A stretch of 35,295 nucleotides of DNA from Octopus sinensis. Lineage: Eukaryota. The notes under the pieces were generated by a model that saw nothing but the letters and a program-made list of their open reading frames with translations, did no database searches and had not been told where the DNA came from. This document shows positions 23,881 to 34,020 of this stretch, piece after piece. The stretch covers positions 1 through 35,295 of the forward strand of contig NW_021829892.1 in assembly GCF_006345805.1 (NCBI RefSeq), read 5' to 3'. Numbering within the stretch: position 1 is the stretch's first letter; each line of letters starts with the position of its first letter. A program made the translations under genes and the position numbers.

Positions 23881-24333
23881 CCCTTATCTAAATATATAGA
23901 CTAATATGAAATATGGAATAATACAATGTACATATGCTATATAATCTATTTATTGTGTGTATTTTAGCATTATGTAGTATTATAATGCAATATTGGCGGA
24001 ATCGTTAGAGCGCTGGACAAGATATATTGCTGTATTCTTTCACAGAGGTTTCGTTATGACTAGCCACACCAACTAAATTTCTGAATTTGTGCCTCTGCGA
24101 AAGACCTATATATATATATACATACATGAGAGGTTTTGGTATCCAGGAGACCAAAAATGGCAGATAAGGCTATGTAAGTACTACGTGAGGACCGTAGTTA
24201 GACTCTCGGATCGATAATGGTATGAGTGAGGAGTCAAATGTGGGTCGTGTGTGAGCAGGTATATGTTAAATAAATTGAGACAAGAAAGCCAAGGCAGTGT
24301 GAGATTTCTAGGACATTTATAAAGGGAAAGGTA

Positions 24334-24381
24334 GTCTTACAGCTGTTTCAAGGATATGAAGGATATTCCTTCATCAGAGAC
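24334..24381 (-). ncRNA. Minimal type I hammerhead ribozyme, catalytic core intact
   Basis: Reads GUCU-CUGAUGA-AGGAAUAU(CCUUC)AUAUCCUU-GAAA-C(AGCU)G-UA-AGAC. Stem I is 4 bp and stem II is 7 of 8 pairs (one G-U). Stem III is ACAGCUGU, a palindrome. Predicted cleavage is after GUA, between 24338 and 24337. Confidence 0.8.
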
Positions 24382-24516
24382 AATATGAGGGAGTTAAATA
24401 AAGAGGAATAGTAGAGTTCAATATAAGAAGTTAGTTTGGAAAGGGGAAGCATAAAGGGAAATACGACAAATCCAAGGCAGTGTGAAATTTCTAGGACATT
24501 TATGAAGAGAAAGGTA

Positions 24517-24557
24517 GTCTTACAGCTGTTTCAAATTATGAGGGATATCCCTTCATC
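24517..24557 (-). ncRNA. 5'-truncated hammerhead copy (substrate half intact)
   Basis: Reads GAUGA-AGGGAUAUCCCUCAUAAUUU-GAAACAGCUGUA-AGAC. C3, U4 and the 5' strand of stem I are lost at the inversion junction. Confidence 0.7.
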
Positions 24558-24589
24558 TACTATTTCCATCTATTTAACTCGCTCATATC

Positions 24590-24637
24590 GTCTCTGATAA
24601 ATGAATATCCCTCATATCCCCAAAACACCTGTAAGAC
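24590..24637 (+). ncRNA. Mutated hammerhead copy (probably inactive)
   Basis: Reads GUCU-CUGAUAA-AUGAAUAUCCCUCAUAUCCCC-AAAAC-ACCU-GUA-AGAC, with G8A and G12A changes in the core. Confidence 0.7.
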
Positions 24638-24753
24638 TACTTTTCTCTTTATAAATGTCCTAGAAATTTCACACCACCTAGGCTTGTTGTATTTCTTTTT
24701 ATACTACCTATATCTCACCCTTTTCAAAAAAAACTTCTTATATTGAACTCCGT

Positions 24754-24799
<46 letters not shown>

Positions 24800-24801
<2 letters not shown>

Positions 24802-25018
24802 TAGGTGCGTGTGTCTGTGCTTATTTCCCACCACCACTTGACAACCGGTGTTGATGTGATTACGTCCAAGTAAATTAGTAGTTTGACAAAAGAGACCGAT
24901 CGAATAAGTACCAGGCTTATAAAAAATAATAAGAACTGGGATCGATTCGTTCGACTAAAATTCTACAAGGCGGTACCCCAGCATGGTCACAGTCTAATGA
25001 CTGAAACAAGTAAAAGAC
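24800..25018 (+). mobile_element. SINE family A 3' half
   Basis: Contains CTTGACAACCGGTG..AAAAGAGACCGATCGAATAAGTACC..TGACTGAAACAAGTAAAAG. Confidence 0.85.
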
Positions 25019-25309
25019 ATTTATGGGACTCCTAGATATTAATGACCTGTAGGGACATAGTTTTTCGTTATGCAACCATAATATACAATACACTATATAT
25101 TAAACGCTTTATAAGGCAATTGTGTGTCAATAGCCAGCTGGAGGAGGTGTCCTCCTGGGGCTACAAGCAACAGTAGCGCCCAGCCTTAAGGGTTAGCTAC
25201 ATTTAAGTGGCAAATATACTTCACATAATATCCCTAAATACACATAACCATGCATACAGCCATACATATATCTATATAGACATGCATACATACATAGAAA
25301 TACAGATTT

Positions 25310-25525
25310 CAAATTTTGGCATAGAAATATAGATTTCAAAATTCGGGGAAGGAGAAAGTTAATTACATCGGCTCCACTGCTCAACTGATACTTATTTTAT
25401 CGACCCGGAAAGGATGAAAGGGAAAGCTGACATCGGCAGAATCTGAACTGAAAACGTTCAGAGACGGACGAAATGCCTGTAAATATTTTACCCAGCGTGC
25501 TAACTGTCCTGCCAGTTCACAACCT
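25310..25525 (-). mobile_element. SINE family B
   Basis: Contains GATACTTATTTTATCGACCCGGAAAGGATGAAAGG..GACGGACGAAATGCC..CTGCCAGTTCAC. Confidence 0.8.
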
Positions 25526-25547
25526 TAACCTAGTGAAAAATAATAAT

Positions 25548-25938
25548 GTGTATAACTAAATATATATATAAAGCTGAAGTTGCCTGTGTATGGCAGGTTT
25601 GGTAGCCTTCAGTTAACACTATCTCCTCCGAGACCCAGCAGCGCAAGTTGACCAAAATTGAGAGTATGATAGAAGAAGTCTTGCTCTTCCTTCCGTAGAA
25701 GAAAAAATTCAAATCGGACCATGTTAACACCAAAAATTATTTACATAAAAAATGTGCTTTTTTTCTATGAAAATCCCTATTTTTTCTATGAAAAACCGCC
25801 ATTTTTCGGTGTATTTCAACAAGAAAAATGTTCACTCAAAGAGTATAAAAAGCTACATAATGCAAAATTTTTACTTTTCAAAAATTCCAGTGCTAAAGGG
25901 TCAAAACAAACCCGAGCAACGCCGGGTGATACTGCTAG
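25548..25938 (+). mobile_element. Non-autonomous Helitron (~390 bp), 5' end approximate
   Basis: Ends in CCCGAGCAACGCCGGG-TGATACTG-CTAG|T, and its last 33 nt are 31/33 identical to the element at 1961. The 5' region reads TATATATAAAGCTGAAG, but no 5' TC is clearly retained. Confidence 0.75.
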
Positions 25939-26149
25939 TTTGTTATAATGACAATAGTGTGATATAAATATAACAAATGTGGTTTATGATAACAGTTTCT
26001 TATAATACAATATAATATAAAATAATATACATTCATGTAATACAATGTTACATTTAGTGATAATATCTTCTTGTTTGACTCTTTCTCTTCACCTCTTTCT
26101 CCCCCACTTCTCCATCATTTTCTTGTCCCCCCTCCCCGTTTCATTACTA

Positions 26150-26303
26150 ACTGAAAGACATGTACGTTGGACCGTCAGATATCAGTTGCGTTCCTTATTT
26201 CGTTGGGGAATATGATACCATATTGATATCAAAATAAAACCAGTTCCTCCTTTTCTCCGCGAAAGTGAAAGTCTATGTGAGTGTGATGTGTGTGTGGTGT
26301 GTG

Positions 26304-26365
<62 letters not shown>

Positions 26366-27020
26366 GTGTGTGTGTGTGTGTGTGCATTTCGATCTCGCTA
26401 TCTCGCTATCTGACGTTGGCTGACTCCTTCGCTCACTTGTGCAAAACGTCATTAATATCTGGACACGTGACACGTGGCTCAACGAATTATTTTTCGCTTA
26501 TGTCTGCCATTGTGTGTGTGAGTGTGTGTGATAGTTTATTTGTTTGTTTTATTTATTTTTGTGTTTGTCTGTGTATATGGTTTACTTGTGCGGCAACGGT
26601 GACGGTGTGGAAGATTGTGATTATAGTGGTGGTGGTGGTGGTGGAGGAGGGGGTGGCAGGATGAGTTGGGGTTGAGGTAGAAGCGAATTGTTCGAAGCGT
26701 GTTGTTACAGTGTTCGTGCCACTGTTAAATGTAAATTGCTAAAGTGCTTTAGCTAATAAAGATCATCATCGTTAAAGTTCTCGAAGACAAAATAAAATAT
26801 ATATTCATATAATGAAATTAAAAAAAACAAAGACAATACCCATGATTCAGCACTTCCGTCCACCCCCACCAGCCCCGCGTTTGTAAAAAGAAAAATAAAC
26901 AGAGTTGTAGGGTGGATGGGCGGTTTAAGTAGAGTTGCGATGAAACTAAAATGGCGGCCTAGTGATCAGGTTTTATAAACATTTTAGATAGTAGCTTCTA
27001 CGGGTGCGCGTTCTCTTGAA
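26150..27020. promoter_or_regulatory. Possible cis-regulatory region
   Basis: Largely non-TE and visibly CpG-richer than its surroundings. Motifs are GAAAGTGAAAGT (26261), CACGTGACACGTG (26464), GGGCGG (~26918) and AAAATGGCGGC (~26948). Motif matches only. Confidence 0.25.
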
Positions 27021-27073
27021 GACGTCACTGATATTTTGAAGTTATTAAGCTGTTGCTTCATTCAAAATATGTG

Positions 27074-27076
<3 letters not shown>

Positions 27077-27109
<33 letters not shown>

Positions 27110-27792
27110 ATTTGGCTCAAAAGCAAGTAGCAAGCCCATGTAGGGGGACATGGAGTTAAGTACAGGGTGGTGTTCATGTAAAGAGTTCAGGCCACTTGAG
27201 GTCAAGGGAGGCTTTGAACAAAGCGGTCGTCGGCATCTTCACCATCTCGTCTGGCAGCTTGTTTCACGGATCCGCAACCCGGACGGAGAAAGCTCCTCTC
27301 CTTCGATTGAGATGAAATTGCGCAGGTAGAGCTTTTCGGAATGACCCCGCAGCCGACGCTCTGGAGCAGGAGTGAAGAACAGCTCTTTCGAGAGGTTACA
27401 CTTTCCGCTTATGATGTTGTGGGCGAGAATGAGATCACCACGGCGGCGGCGTTTTTCAAGAGAATAAAGGTCGAGCGTCCTCAGCCTTTCTTCATAGGAC
27501 AGATTTTTGAGACCATGAACCATGCGGGTAGCCAGCCTCTGGACTCTTTCGAGATGCTGTATGTCTTTGAGGAGATAAGGAGAAGAGGCTTGAATCCCGT
27601 ACTCCAATATGGGTCTCACCAGCGTGACATAGAGTGGTAGGAATATGGCTGTTGTGAGCATTCCGAATGACCGTCGAATCAAGAACAGAATTCCGCGTGC
27701 TTTGTTGGCAGCATGGACGCACTGGGCCGAAGGCGAAAAGGAGGAATCCACCAAGATACCCAGGTCCTTTACCTGATCGGTAAGAAAGGCAT
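27077..27792 (-). mobile_element. CR1-clade LINE, 5'-truncated, with (TAAC)n tail
   Basis: Reads VKDLGILVDSSFSPSAQC..LYVTLVRPILEY..SPYL.KDI..LERVQR.ATR....L..LSYEERL..L.L.SLE.RR.RGDLI, ending in ..LPDE.V......FK..LD. The tail is at 27077-27109. Confidence 0.93.
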
Positions 27793-27998
27793 TTTTGAAT
27801 GGCAGTTTTCAACACAATTTCTAGTTAACTAAACACTTTTAAACTTCGTATAATGGTAGAATGTGTCAAAATAAAACATTTTTTTTCTCTTGGCTTTCTT
27901 GAGAAAATTGTAAGTTTAACGTAGTTTAATTTTTCGAATTTTAACCAATCAAAAGTGTTTAGTTAACTAGAAATTGCGTTGAAAACTGCCGTTCAAAA
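27793..27998. mobile_element. MITE-like element, 206 bp with 48-bp TIRs
   Basis: 27793-27840 and 27951-27998 are reverse complements at 46 of 48 positions. Confidence 0.85.
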
Positions 27999-28127
27999 GG
28001 AAAAGATCCCATAAAAACACTAGAAATATTTCCTGAGTTTTAAATTATATAAGGTGGATCAGACTCGGTACTTTGGCCTCTTTCCCAGTGTGCAGATTGG
28101 AGAAGATATAAAGAGTAAAAAAAAAAC

Positions 28128-28443
28128 CATGAACGACCATGGAATTGCAACTAGAAGGTTACTCTCCAAGGCACAAGTTCGGGTAAGGTTGTTTATGAAA
28201 GACCCACAGTCGCCCATGCATGCCAGCCTCCCTTCTCCATGCCACCGATGTTATATAAGGGAAAAGCAAAGGAAGCTACAGCTTGGCACCAGTGACGTCA
28301 CAACTTATTTCTGCAGCTGAGTGAACTGAAGCGACGTGAAATAAAGTGTCTTGATCAAGAACACAACACACAGCCCGATCCCGGAATCGAACTCACTACA
28401 TCATGATTGTGAGTTCGACACTCTAACGACTGAGCTGTACGCC
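28128..28443 (-). mobile_element. SINE family C (tRNA-derived head)
   Basis: The minus strand begins GGCGTACAGCTCAGTCGTTAGAGTG..GAGTTCGATTCCGGG (A/B boxes), followed by GTGTTGTGTTCTTGATCAAGACACTTTA. Confidence 0.8.
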
Positions 28444-28533
28444 GGGGATTTAACTAGAATGGTTCACTGGATCCTAAACTCACTGGTAACGTATCGCAAA
28501 ATACGCTGGCACATTGTTAATATACGTATGCAA

Positions 28534-28750
28534 GTAAGGCGGCGTGCTGGCAGAATCGTTAGCATACCAGGCAAAATACGTAGCGGCATTTCATCTGTCT
28601 GCAAGTTCTAGTTCAAATTCCGTCAAGTCGACTTTGCCTTTCATCCTTTCGGTATCGATAAAATAAGTATCAATTTAGAACTAGGATCGATGAAACTAAC
28701 TTAGATCCCTCTCCAAACTTCCTGAACTGGTGCCAAAAACTGAAACCAAT
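28534..28750 (+). mobile_element. SINE family B
   Basis: Contains GGCGGCGTGCTGGCAGAATCGTTAGC..GTTCAAATTCC..GTCGACTTTGCCTTTCATCCTTTCGG. Confidence 0.88.
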
Positions 28751-28837
28751 ATACGTATGTAAGCGTACACACACAGACACACGTGTATGTATGCATGTAT
28801 GTATGTATGTAGTATGTATGTATGTATGTATGTATGT

Positions 28838-29203
28838 ACGATCTCTTCTGCTTTTAATAAGTTGAAATTCTCCTCTGAGGAAGGAGAGGCTTTTTAACAA
28901 AGAGGGAAATCTACGTCGTTGAAATGCAGCCAAAAACTGATTCAAATTTTGTATTTGAGAAAAGTTTTGCATATTTTTACGGCTCCACTCACAGACTGAA
29001 TTAGCTAGTTGATTTCTTTTTCTGAAAACCCCAGCTCATCTAGATTGTCACTTAGGCATTTACTTAGAAAACCAAGCGAACCAATAATTTATAATCCAGC
29101 TGGAGGGTTCGAAGCTGTTGTCCGTAGTTATCCTCTTTCTCCTCGACTTTCGAAGAGATATTTACATCAGCAGGGCAGCTTATGTCTGCGACAGTACATA
29201 TTT
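28838..29203 (-). mobile_element. R2-superfamily (R4/Dong-like) retrotransposon 3' end: restriction-like endonuclease remnant plus 3' UTR
   Basis: Reads [39 protein letters not shown]...DNLDELGFSEKEIN*LIQSVSGAVKICKTFLKYKI* (stop at 28942-28944), matching the RLE pattern I.D/E.SCP.D.N...K..EK...Y. It is flanked by (CATA)n-type repeats. Confidence 0.75.
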
Positions 29204-29311
29204 ATATATACATACATAATACATACATACATACACACATATATACATATATACATATATGGATATACATACATGCATATATATACATATATACATATGT
29301 AAGTATGTGTG

Positions 29312-29342
<31 letters not shown>

Positions 29343-29344
<2 letters not shown>

Positions 29345-29653
29345 CACCGTGATCACCGTGACCGACCATGCTATCAGATGTTGTTACACATCGCTGGTCA
29401 CAATGCGCTTCGCATTGTTTTAGCCTTCAAATGACACCACCCTGCTGGCTAAGTGAGCAGGCCAACAGAAGAAAGAGTGAGAGAAAGTTCTGGCGAAAGA
29501 GTACAGCAGGGATCGCCACCTACCCCTGCCGGAGCTTCGTGGAGCTTTAGGTGTTTTCGCTCAATAAACACTCACAACGCCCGGTGTGGGAATCGAAACC
29601 GCGATCCTACGACCGCGAGTCCGCTGCCCAAAGCACTGGGCCATTGCGCCTCC
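29343..29653 (-). mobile_element. SINE family D
   Basis: Closely similar to 11378-11696, with an (ATCACCGTG)x2 tail. Confidence 0.9.
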
Positions 29654-29654
29654 A

Positions 29655-29703
<49 letters not shown>

Positions 29704-29720
29704 ATTATATATATTATATA

Positions 29721-29762
<42 letters not shown>

Positions 29763-30128
29763 ATTTATATAACATAAATATATATATATAATGTTATAAT
29801 GAAAACCACAAGTCTTGTGAAATACAGCTATAGTTGTTTTAATTATAATATTATTTTTCCTCTCTTAGCTGATCGAGAGCTTCTCGTTGATGCTTCACCC
29901 CACAGTATATATATATTATATATTCACGTATGTAAGCATGTATGTATGTATTTATGTATATATTATGTATGTATATGTATAGTTAAATAAATGCACTCAC
30001 ACACACACACACACATCTATATATATATATATACGAAAAAGACGGAGAGTAGGAGACACAAAATACATGGAAAAATTGCAAGATAGATAGTAGCACAGAC
30101 GTAATACTAAACAGACAAATAGACAAAG

Positions 30129-30275
<147 letters not shown>

Positions 30276-31280
30276 ATAACGACCGACAAAAACTGGAAAT
30301 GGACTTATATTATTGCAAGAGTCAGCAATGGCGCTAACGGAAGCGACATCAGAGGCAGCGGAAGTTCTAGTAGAATACATCCCCCTAACGCACACACACA
30401 CTTTCTCTCTCTCATACACACACATACAGATACAAATATACTTATATACATACGGGTGTGTGTGTTTGTATGTGTAAATTTTTTGCTCTTCTTAATCTTT
30501 CTGCTATACTCCAGTAATGGCGTTGATCGCTCTGGTGGCTGCGTTGGTGGTGTCATCGGTGGATGTCGTGGTGTTGTTTATTGATGATGTCTGTGTTAAG
30601 GGTTTCGAACGCAGCTGGTGGTAATTCTTTTGATATTTTTTTTTCTTATTGTTCGTTATTTAAACACCAAATCCTATTTGTACATCACACACACACACAC
30701 ATGCACACAAACACAAACACATACGAACAGAATCACACATATGCATACGCGTGTAGGTATATTGATTAGAAGACGTAAAAGTGTAAATACTGTGTATTGA
30801 TCTCTACATACGTACATCTATTCATACATACGTCCATACATACATACACATACATTTATTCATACATCATACATACACACATAAATATATACATACATGT
30901 ATACAAACACAAATACATACATATATACACCGAACGCTCAGTATCCAACCAGAGCAACACACACACACACACCCCCACACACACACAAACAAACATTCTT
31001 TGAATCTCTCAACGCATTTTTTCTCATTCAATTGTTCAATTTGTAAAATCTTAATTAACATTCACTTAATGGTTGATTAAAAAATTAAATAAAACCAAAA
31101 CTTTTTTGTATATTATTTTACTGTAATTTATTTACTTTCTTTTACTTGTTCCCCCCCCCCTTCCCTTATAAGTTAGACTTCGCTGATGCTTTCATTGTTT
31201 GCTATGTATTTATTGTTTTTATAGTTCTTTACTATTCTTTTTTATTTTCTTTAGAATTTTTGTAAAGTTTATATATATAT

Positions 31281-31690
31281 ACTCTTTTACTCATTTACTT
31301 GTTTCAGTCATTTGACTGCGGCCATGCTGGAACACCAATTTTAGTCGGGCAAATCAACCCCTGGAATTATTCTTTGAAAGCCTAGAACTTATTCTATCGG
31401 TCACTTTTGCCGAACCGCTAAGTTACGCTAAGTAAACACACCAGCATCGGTTGTCAAGGTATGTTGGCGGGAGGGGGGACAAACACAGAAACACAAACAC
31501 ACACACACATATATACATATACATATATATACGACAGGCTTCGTTCAGTTTCCGTCTACCAAAATCACACAGAAGGCTTTGGTCGGTCCGAGGCTATAGT
31601 AGAAGACACTTGCCCAAGGTGCACTGCAGTGGGACTGAACCAAGAACCATGTGGTTGGTCAGCAAGGTACTTACCACACAGCCACTCCTA
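31281..31690 (-). mobile_element. SINE family A, full length
   Basis: Complete match to the family. Confidence 0.9.
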
Positions 31691-31698
31691 CATAGATA

Positions 31699-32072
31699 TT
31701 CTTTTATTCTTTTACTTGCTCCACTCATTGACTGCGGCCATGCTGGAGCACCACATTTAGCCGAACAAATCGCCCCTAGGTTTTATTTTTTGTACGCCTA
31801 GTACTTGTTCTATCGGTCTCTTTTTTGCCAATCCGCTAAGTGACGGGTACGTAAACACACTAACATCGGTTGTCAAGCGATGGTGGAAGGACAAACACAG
31901 ACGCAAATAACAAATACACTCACACACCTATATATACGACGGGCTTCTTTCAGTTTCCGTTTACCAAGACCACTCACAAGGCTTTGGTCGGCCCAAGGTG
32001 CCACGCAGTGGGATTGAACTCGGAACCATGTGGTTGGGAAGCGAGCACTTTCCACATAGCCACTCCTGTGCC
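31699..32072 (-). mobile_element. SINE family A (tandem with the previous copy, small internal deletion); a further deleted copy follows to ~32200
   Basis: Runs from the tail TTCTTTTATTCTTTTACTTG to the head CACATAGCCACTCCTGTGCC. Confidence 0.88.
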
Positions 32073-32454
32073 TTGATATATATATTCTTTTATTCTGTTA
32101 CTTACTCCAGTCATTTGACTGCGGCGAAGCTTTGTTCTGTCAGGAATAATAGCAGAAGACACTCGTTCAAGGTTCCGCGCAGTGGAACTGCAATCAAGTT
32201 TCTCAACCGCACGCACTCACGCAGACATTTGTTCTCTTTTTCGAATTCTTTCCTTTTCTCCTATTTCGATTCTTAAATGTTTCCTAATGACAGGGCGGAT
32301 GCATAGCAGATTCTTTAGGGTGACAGGTCAAAAATATATACTTTCTGCTATTTAATTACGATTACCGATCCTCACTTTAATATTCGATAATTTCCCACAA
32401 TGCACTCCCATCCTTCACGTGAACATCATAATAATATTGCTAATTCAAGCTTAG

Positions 32455-32880
32455 AAAAATTGAGGGGATGAATGGGGCGTAAGTAGAATACATTGACCCC
32501 AGTACTTCAATGCTGCATTATTTTATCGATCCTAAAACAATGAAAAGCAAGATTGATCATCGCATTCTTTAAAGACAGAACGCAAAGAACTGAAATAAAT
32601 ACCACAAGGCACTTCTTCCGACGACCTAACGACCCCTCAGTCTTAACAAGGTCGATATAAATCTCTCTAATTTTTGCATCAGACCGGCAGTTCTGAGAGG
32701 AGAGAGAAGTCGATTGCATCAATCCCAGTGCTCAGCTGGTACTTATCTTACAGACTCCCCGAAAGAGACATAATGCAAAGGCGTTCTCGTTAGCATTTGA
32801 TCTCAGAACGCAAAGAGCCGGGAAGATGCTACACAACATTTTGTTCGGCGCGTTAAAGATATTTCCATCTTGCCGCAATT
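32455..32880 (-). mobile_element. Two degraded SINE family B remnants
   Basis: Contains ATTGACCCCAGTAC..TTTTATCGATCC..ATGAAAAGCAA and CCCAGTGCTCAGCTGGTACTTAT..CCCCGAAAG..GCAAAG. Confidence 0.6.
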
Positions 32881-33097
32881 AAACGTAATCGACACAATAA
32901 AGATTCATTACTATTGCGTTCGAACAATTTGAGATTGTGCTCCCCTGCCCCCAACAAATTTGTAGAGTGGCCCTACTCCCAACAAATTTGTAGAGTGGAG
33001 ATGCTTGACGGTTATGGATGTTTAAAAGTTATTATTATTATTGTTATTATTATTATTATTATAATTATTATTATTAATGTTATTATTATTATTATTA

Positions 33098-33151
<54 letters not shown>

Positions 33152-33187
33152 TATTATTATTATTATGGTAATGTTTATAAATGGCGT

Positions 33188-33400
33188 AAGTCGGTGACCT
33201 GGCAGAGTCCTAAATATGTGGGGCGAGATGCTTAGCGGCATTTCGTCCGTCTTTACGTTCTGTGATCAAATTCCGCTGAGGTCGACTTTGCCTTACATCC
33301 TTTCGAGATCGATAGAATAAGTACCAACTAATGTCAATGTAATCGACTCATTCACTTCCCGAAATTGCTGGCCTTGTGTCAAAATTTGAAGTCAACGTTT
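33188..33400 (+). mobile_element. SINE family B
   Basis: Contains GCTTAGCGGCATTTCGTCCGTCTTTACGTTCTG..GAGGTCGACTTTGCC. Confidence 0.85.
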
Positions 33401-33411
33401 ATGAATGGATT

Positions 33412-33790
33412 AAGGCGGCCAGCTGGCAGAAACGTTAGCACACCGGGCGAAATGCTTGGCGGTATTTCGTCTGCCGCTACGTTCTGCGTTCAAATTCCGC
33501 CGAGGTCGACTTTGCCCTTCATCCTTTCGGGGTCGATTAAATAAGTACCAGTTACGCACTGGGATCGATATAATCGACTTAATCCGTTTGTCTGTCCTTG
33601 TTTGTCCCCTCTGTGTTTAGCCCACTGTGGGTAGTAAAGAAATAGGTATTTCATCCATATTATGCTCTGAGTTCAAATCCTGCCGATGTCGACTTTGCCT
33701 TTCATCCTTTCGGGGTCGATAAAATGCGTACCAGTCTAGCACTGGGATCAATGTATTCAACTCGCCCCCTCCCTATGCCTATTGAAGAAA
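33412..33790 (+). mobile_element. SINE family B, dimeric (full monomer, ~70-bp linker, 5'-truncated monomer)
   Basis: The core GTCGACTTTGCC.TTCATCCTTTCGGGGTCGAT occurs twice (~33505 and ~33688). The linker also occurs alone at ~7165-7220. Confidence 0.88.
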
Positions 33791-33853
33791 GGGTTATTAT
33801 TATTATCATTATTATTATTATTACTACTATTACTATAATTATTATTATTTTTA

Positions 33854-33903
<50 letters not shown>

Positions 33904-33928
33904 AACGTTTTCTCTTATATCTCCTCAG

Positions 33929-34020
33929 ATCCGCGCTCCATGTAGCTTTTATAAAGAGTCTCCTCCAGAGATGTATTGATTTCTTGAAATCAGTCGAGCA
34001 ATGTCTCAGAATGAAAAATA
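33929..34020 (+). CDS. Candidate internal coding exon (92 nt), product unknown
   Basis: The acceptor is ttttctcttatatctcctcag|A and the donor ATA|gtaagc. One frame reads through: SALHVAFIKSLLQRCIDFLKSVEQCLRMKN. No homologue was recognised. Confidence 0.4.

Larger units (their letters stand above)
24279..24750. mobile_element. Hammerhead-bearing ~183-bp repeat element (retrozyme-like / Penelope-associated): ~1.5 tandem copies (-) plus one inverted monomer (+)
   Basis: CCAAGGCAGTGTGA..CTAGGACATTTAT..AGGTAGTCTTACAGCTGTTTC occurs at 24289 and 24472 (period 183). The reverse-complement copy spans 24558-24750. (TA)n tracts flank the element at 24107 and 24756. Confidence 0.85.

Noticed and set aside
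29035-29193. Plus-strand open frame with AG/GT (ORF track 29009-29302)
   Set aside because: It is the antisense of a retrotransposon RLE domain, and the donor is weak.
30515-30620. AG/GT-bounded segment encoding a signal-peptide-like MALIALVAALVVSS
   Set aside because: It is low-complexity GTG/GGT-rich sequence that yields hydrophobic peptides by composition, and joining it to 33929 creates a stop.
32950-32998. 21-bp direct repeat with a 7-bp spacer
   Set aside because: Only two copies with no unique spacers of array type; a simple local duplication, not CRISPR-like.
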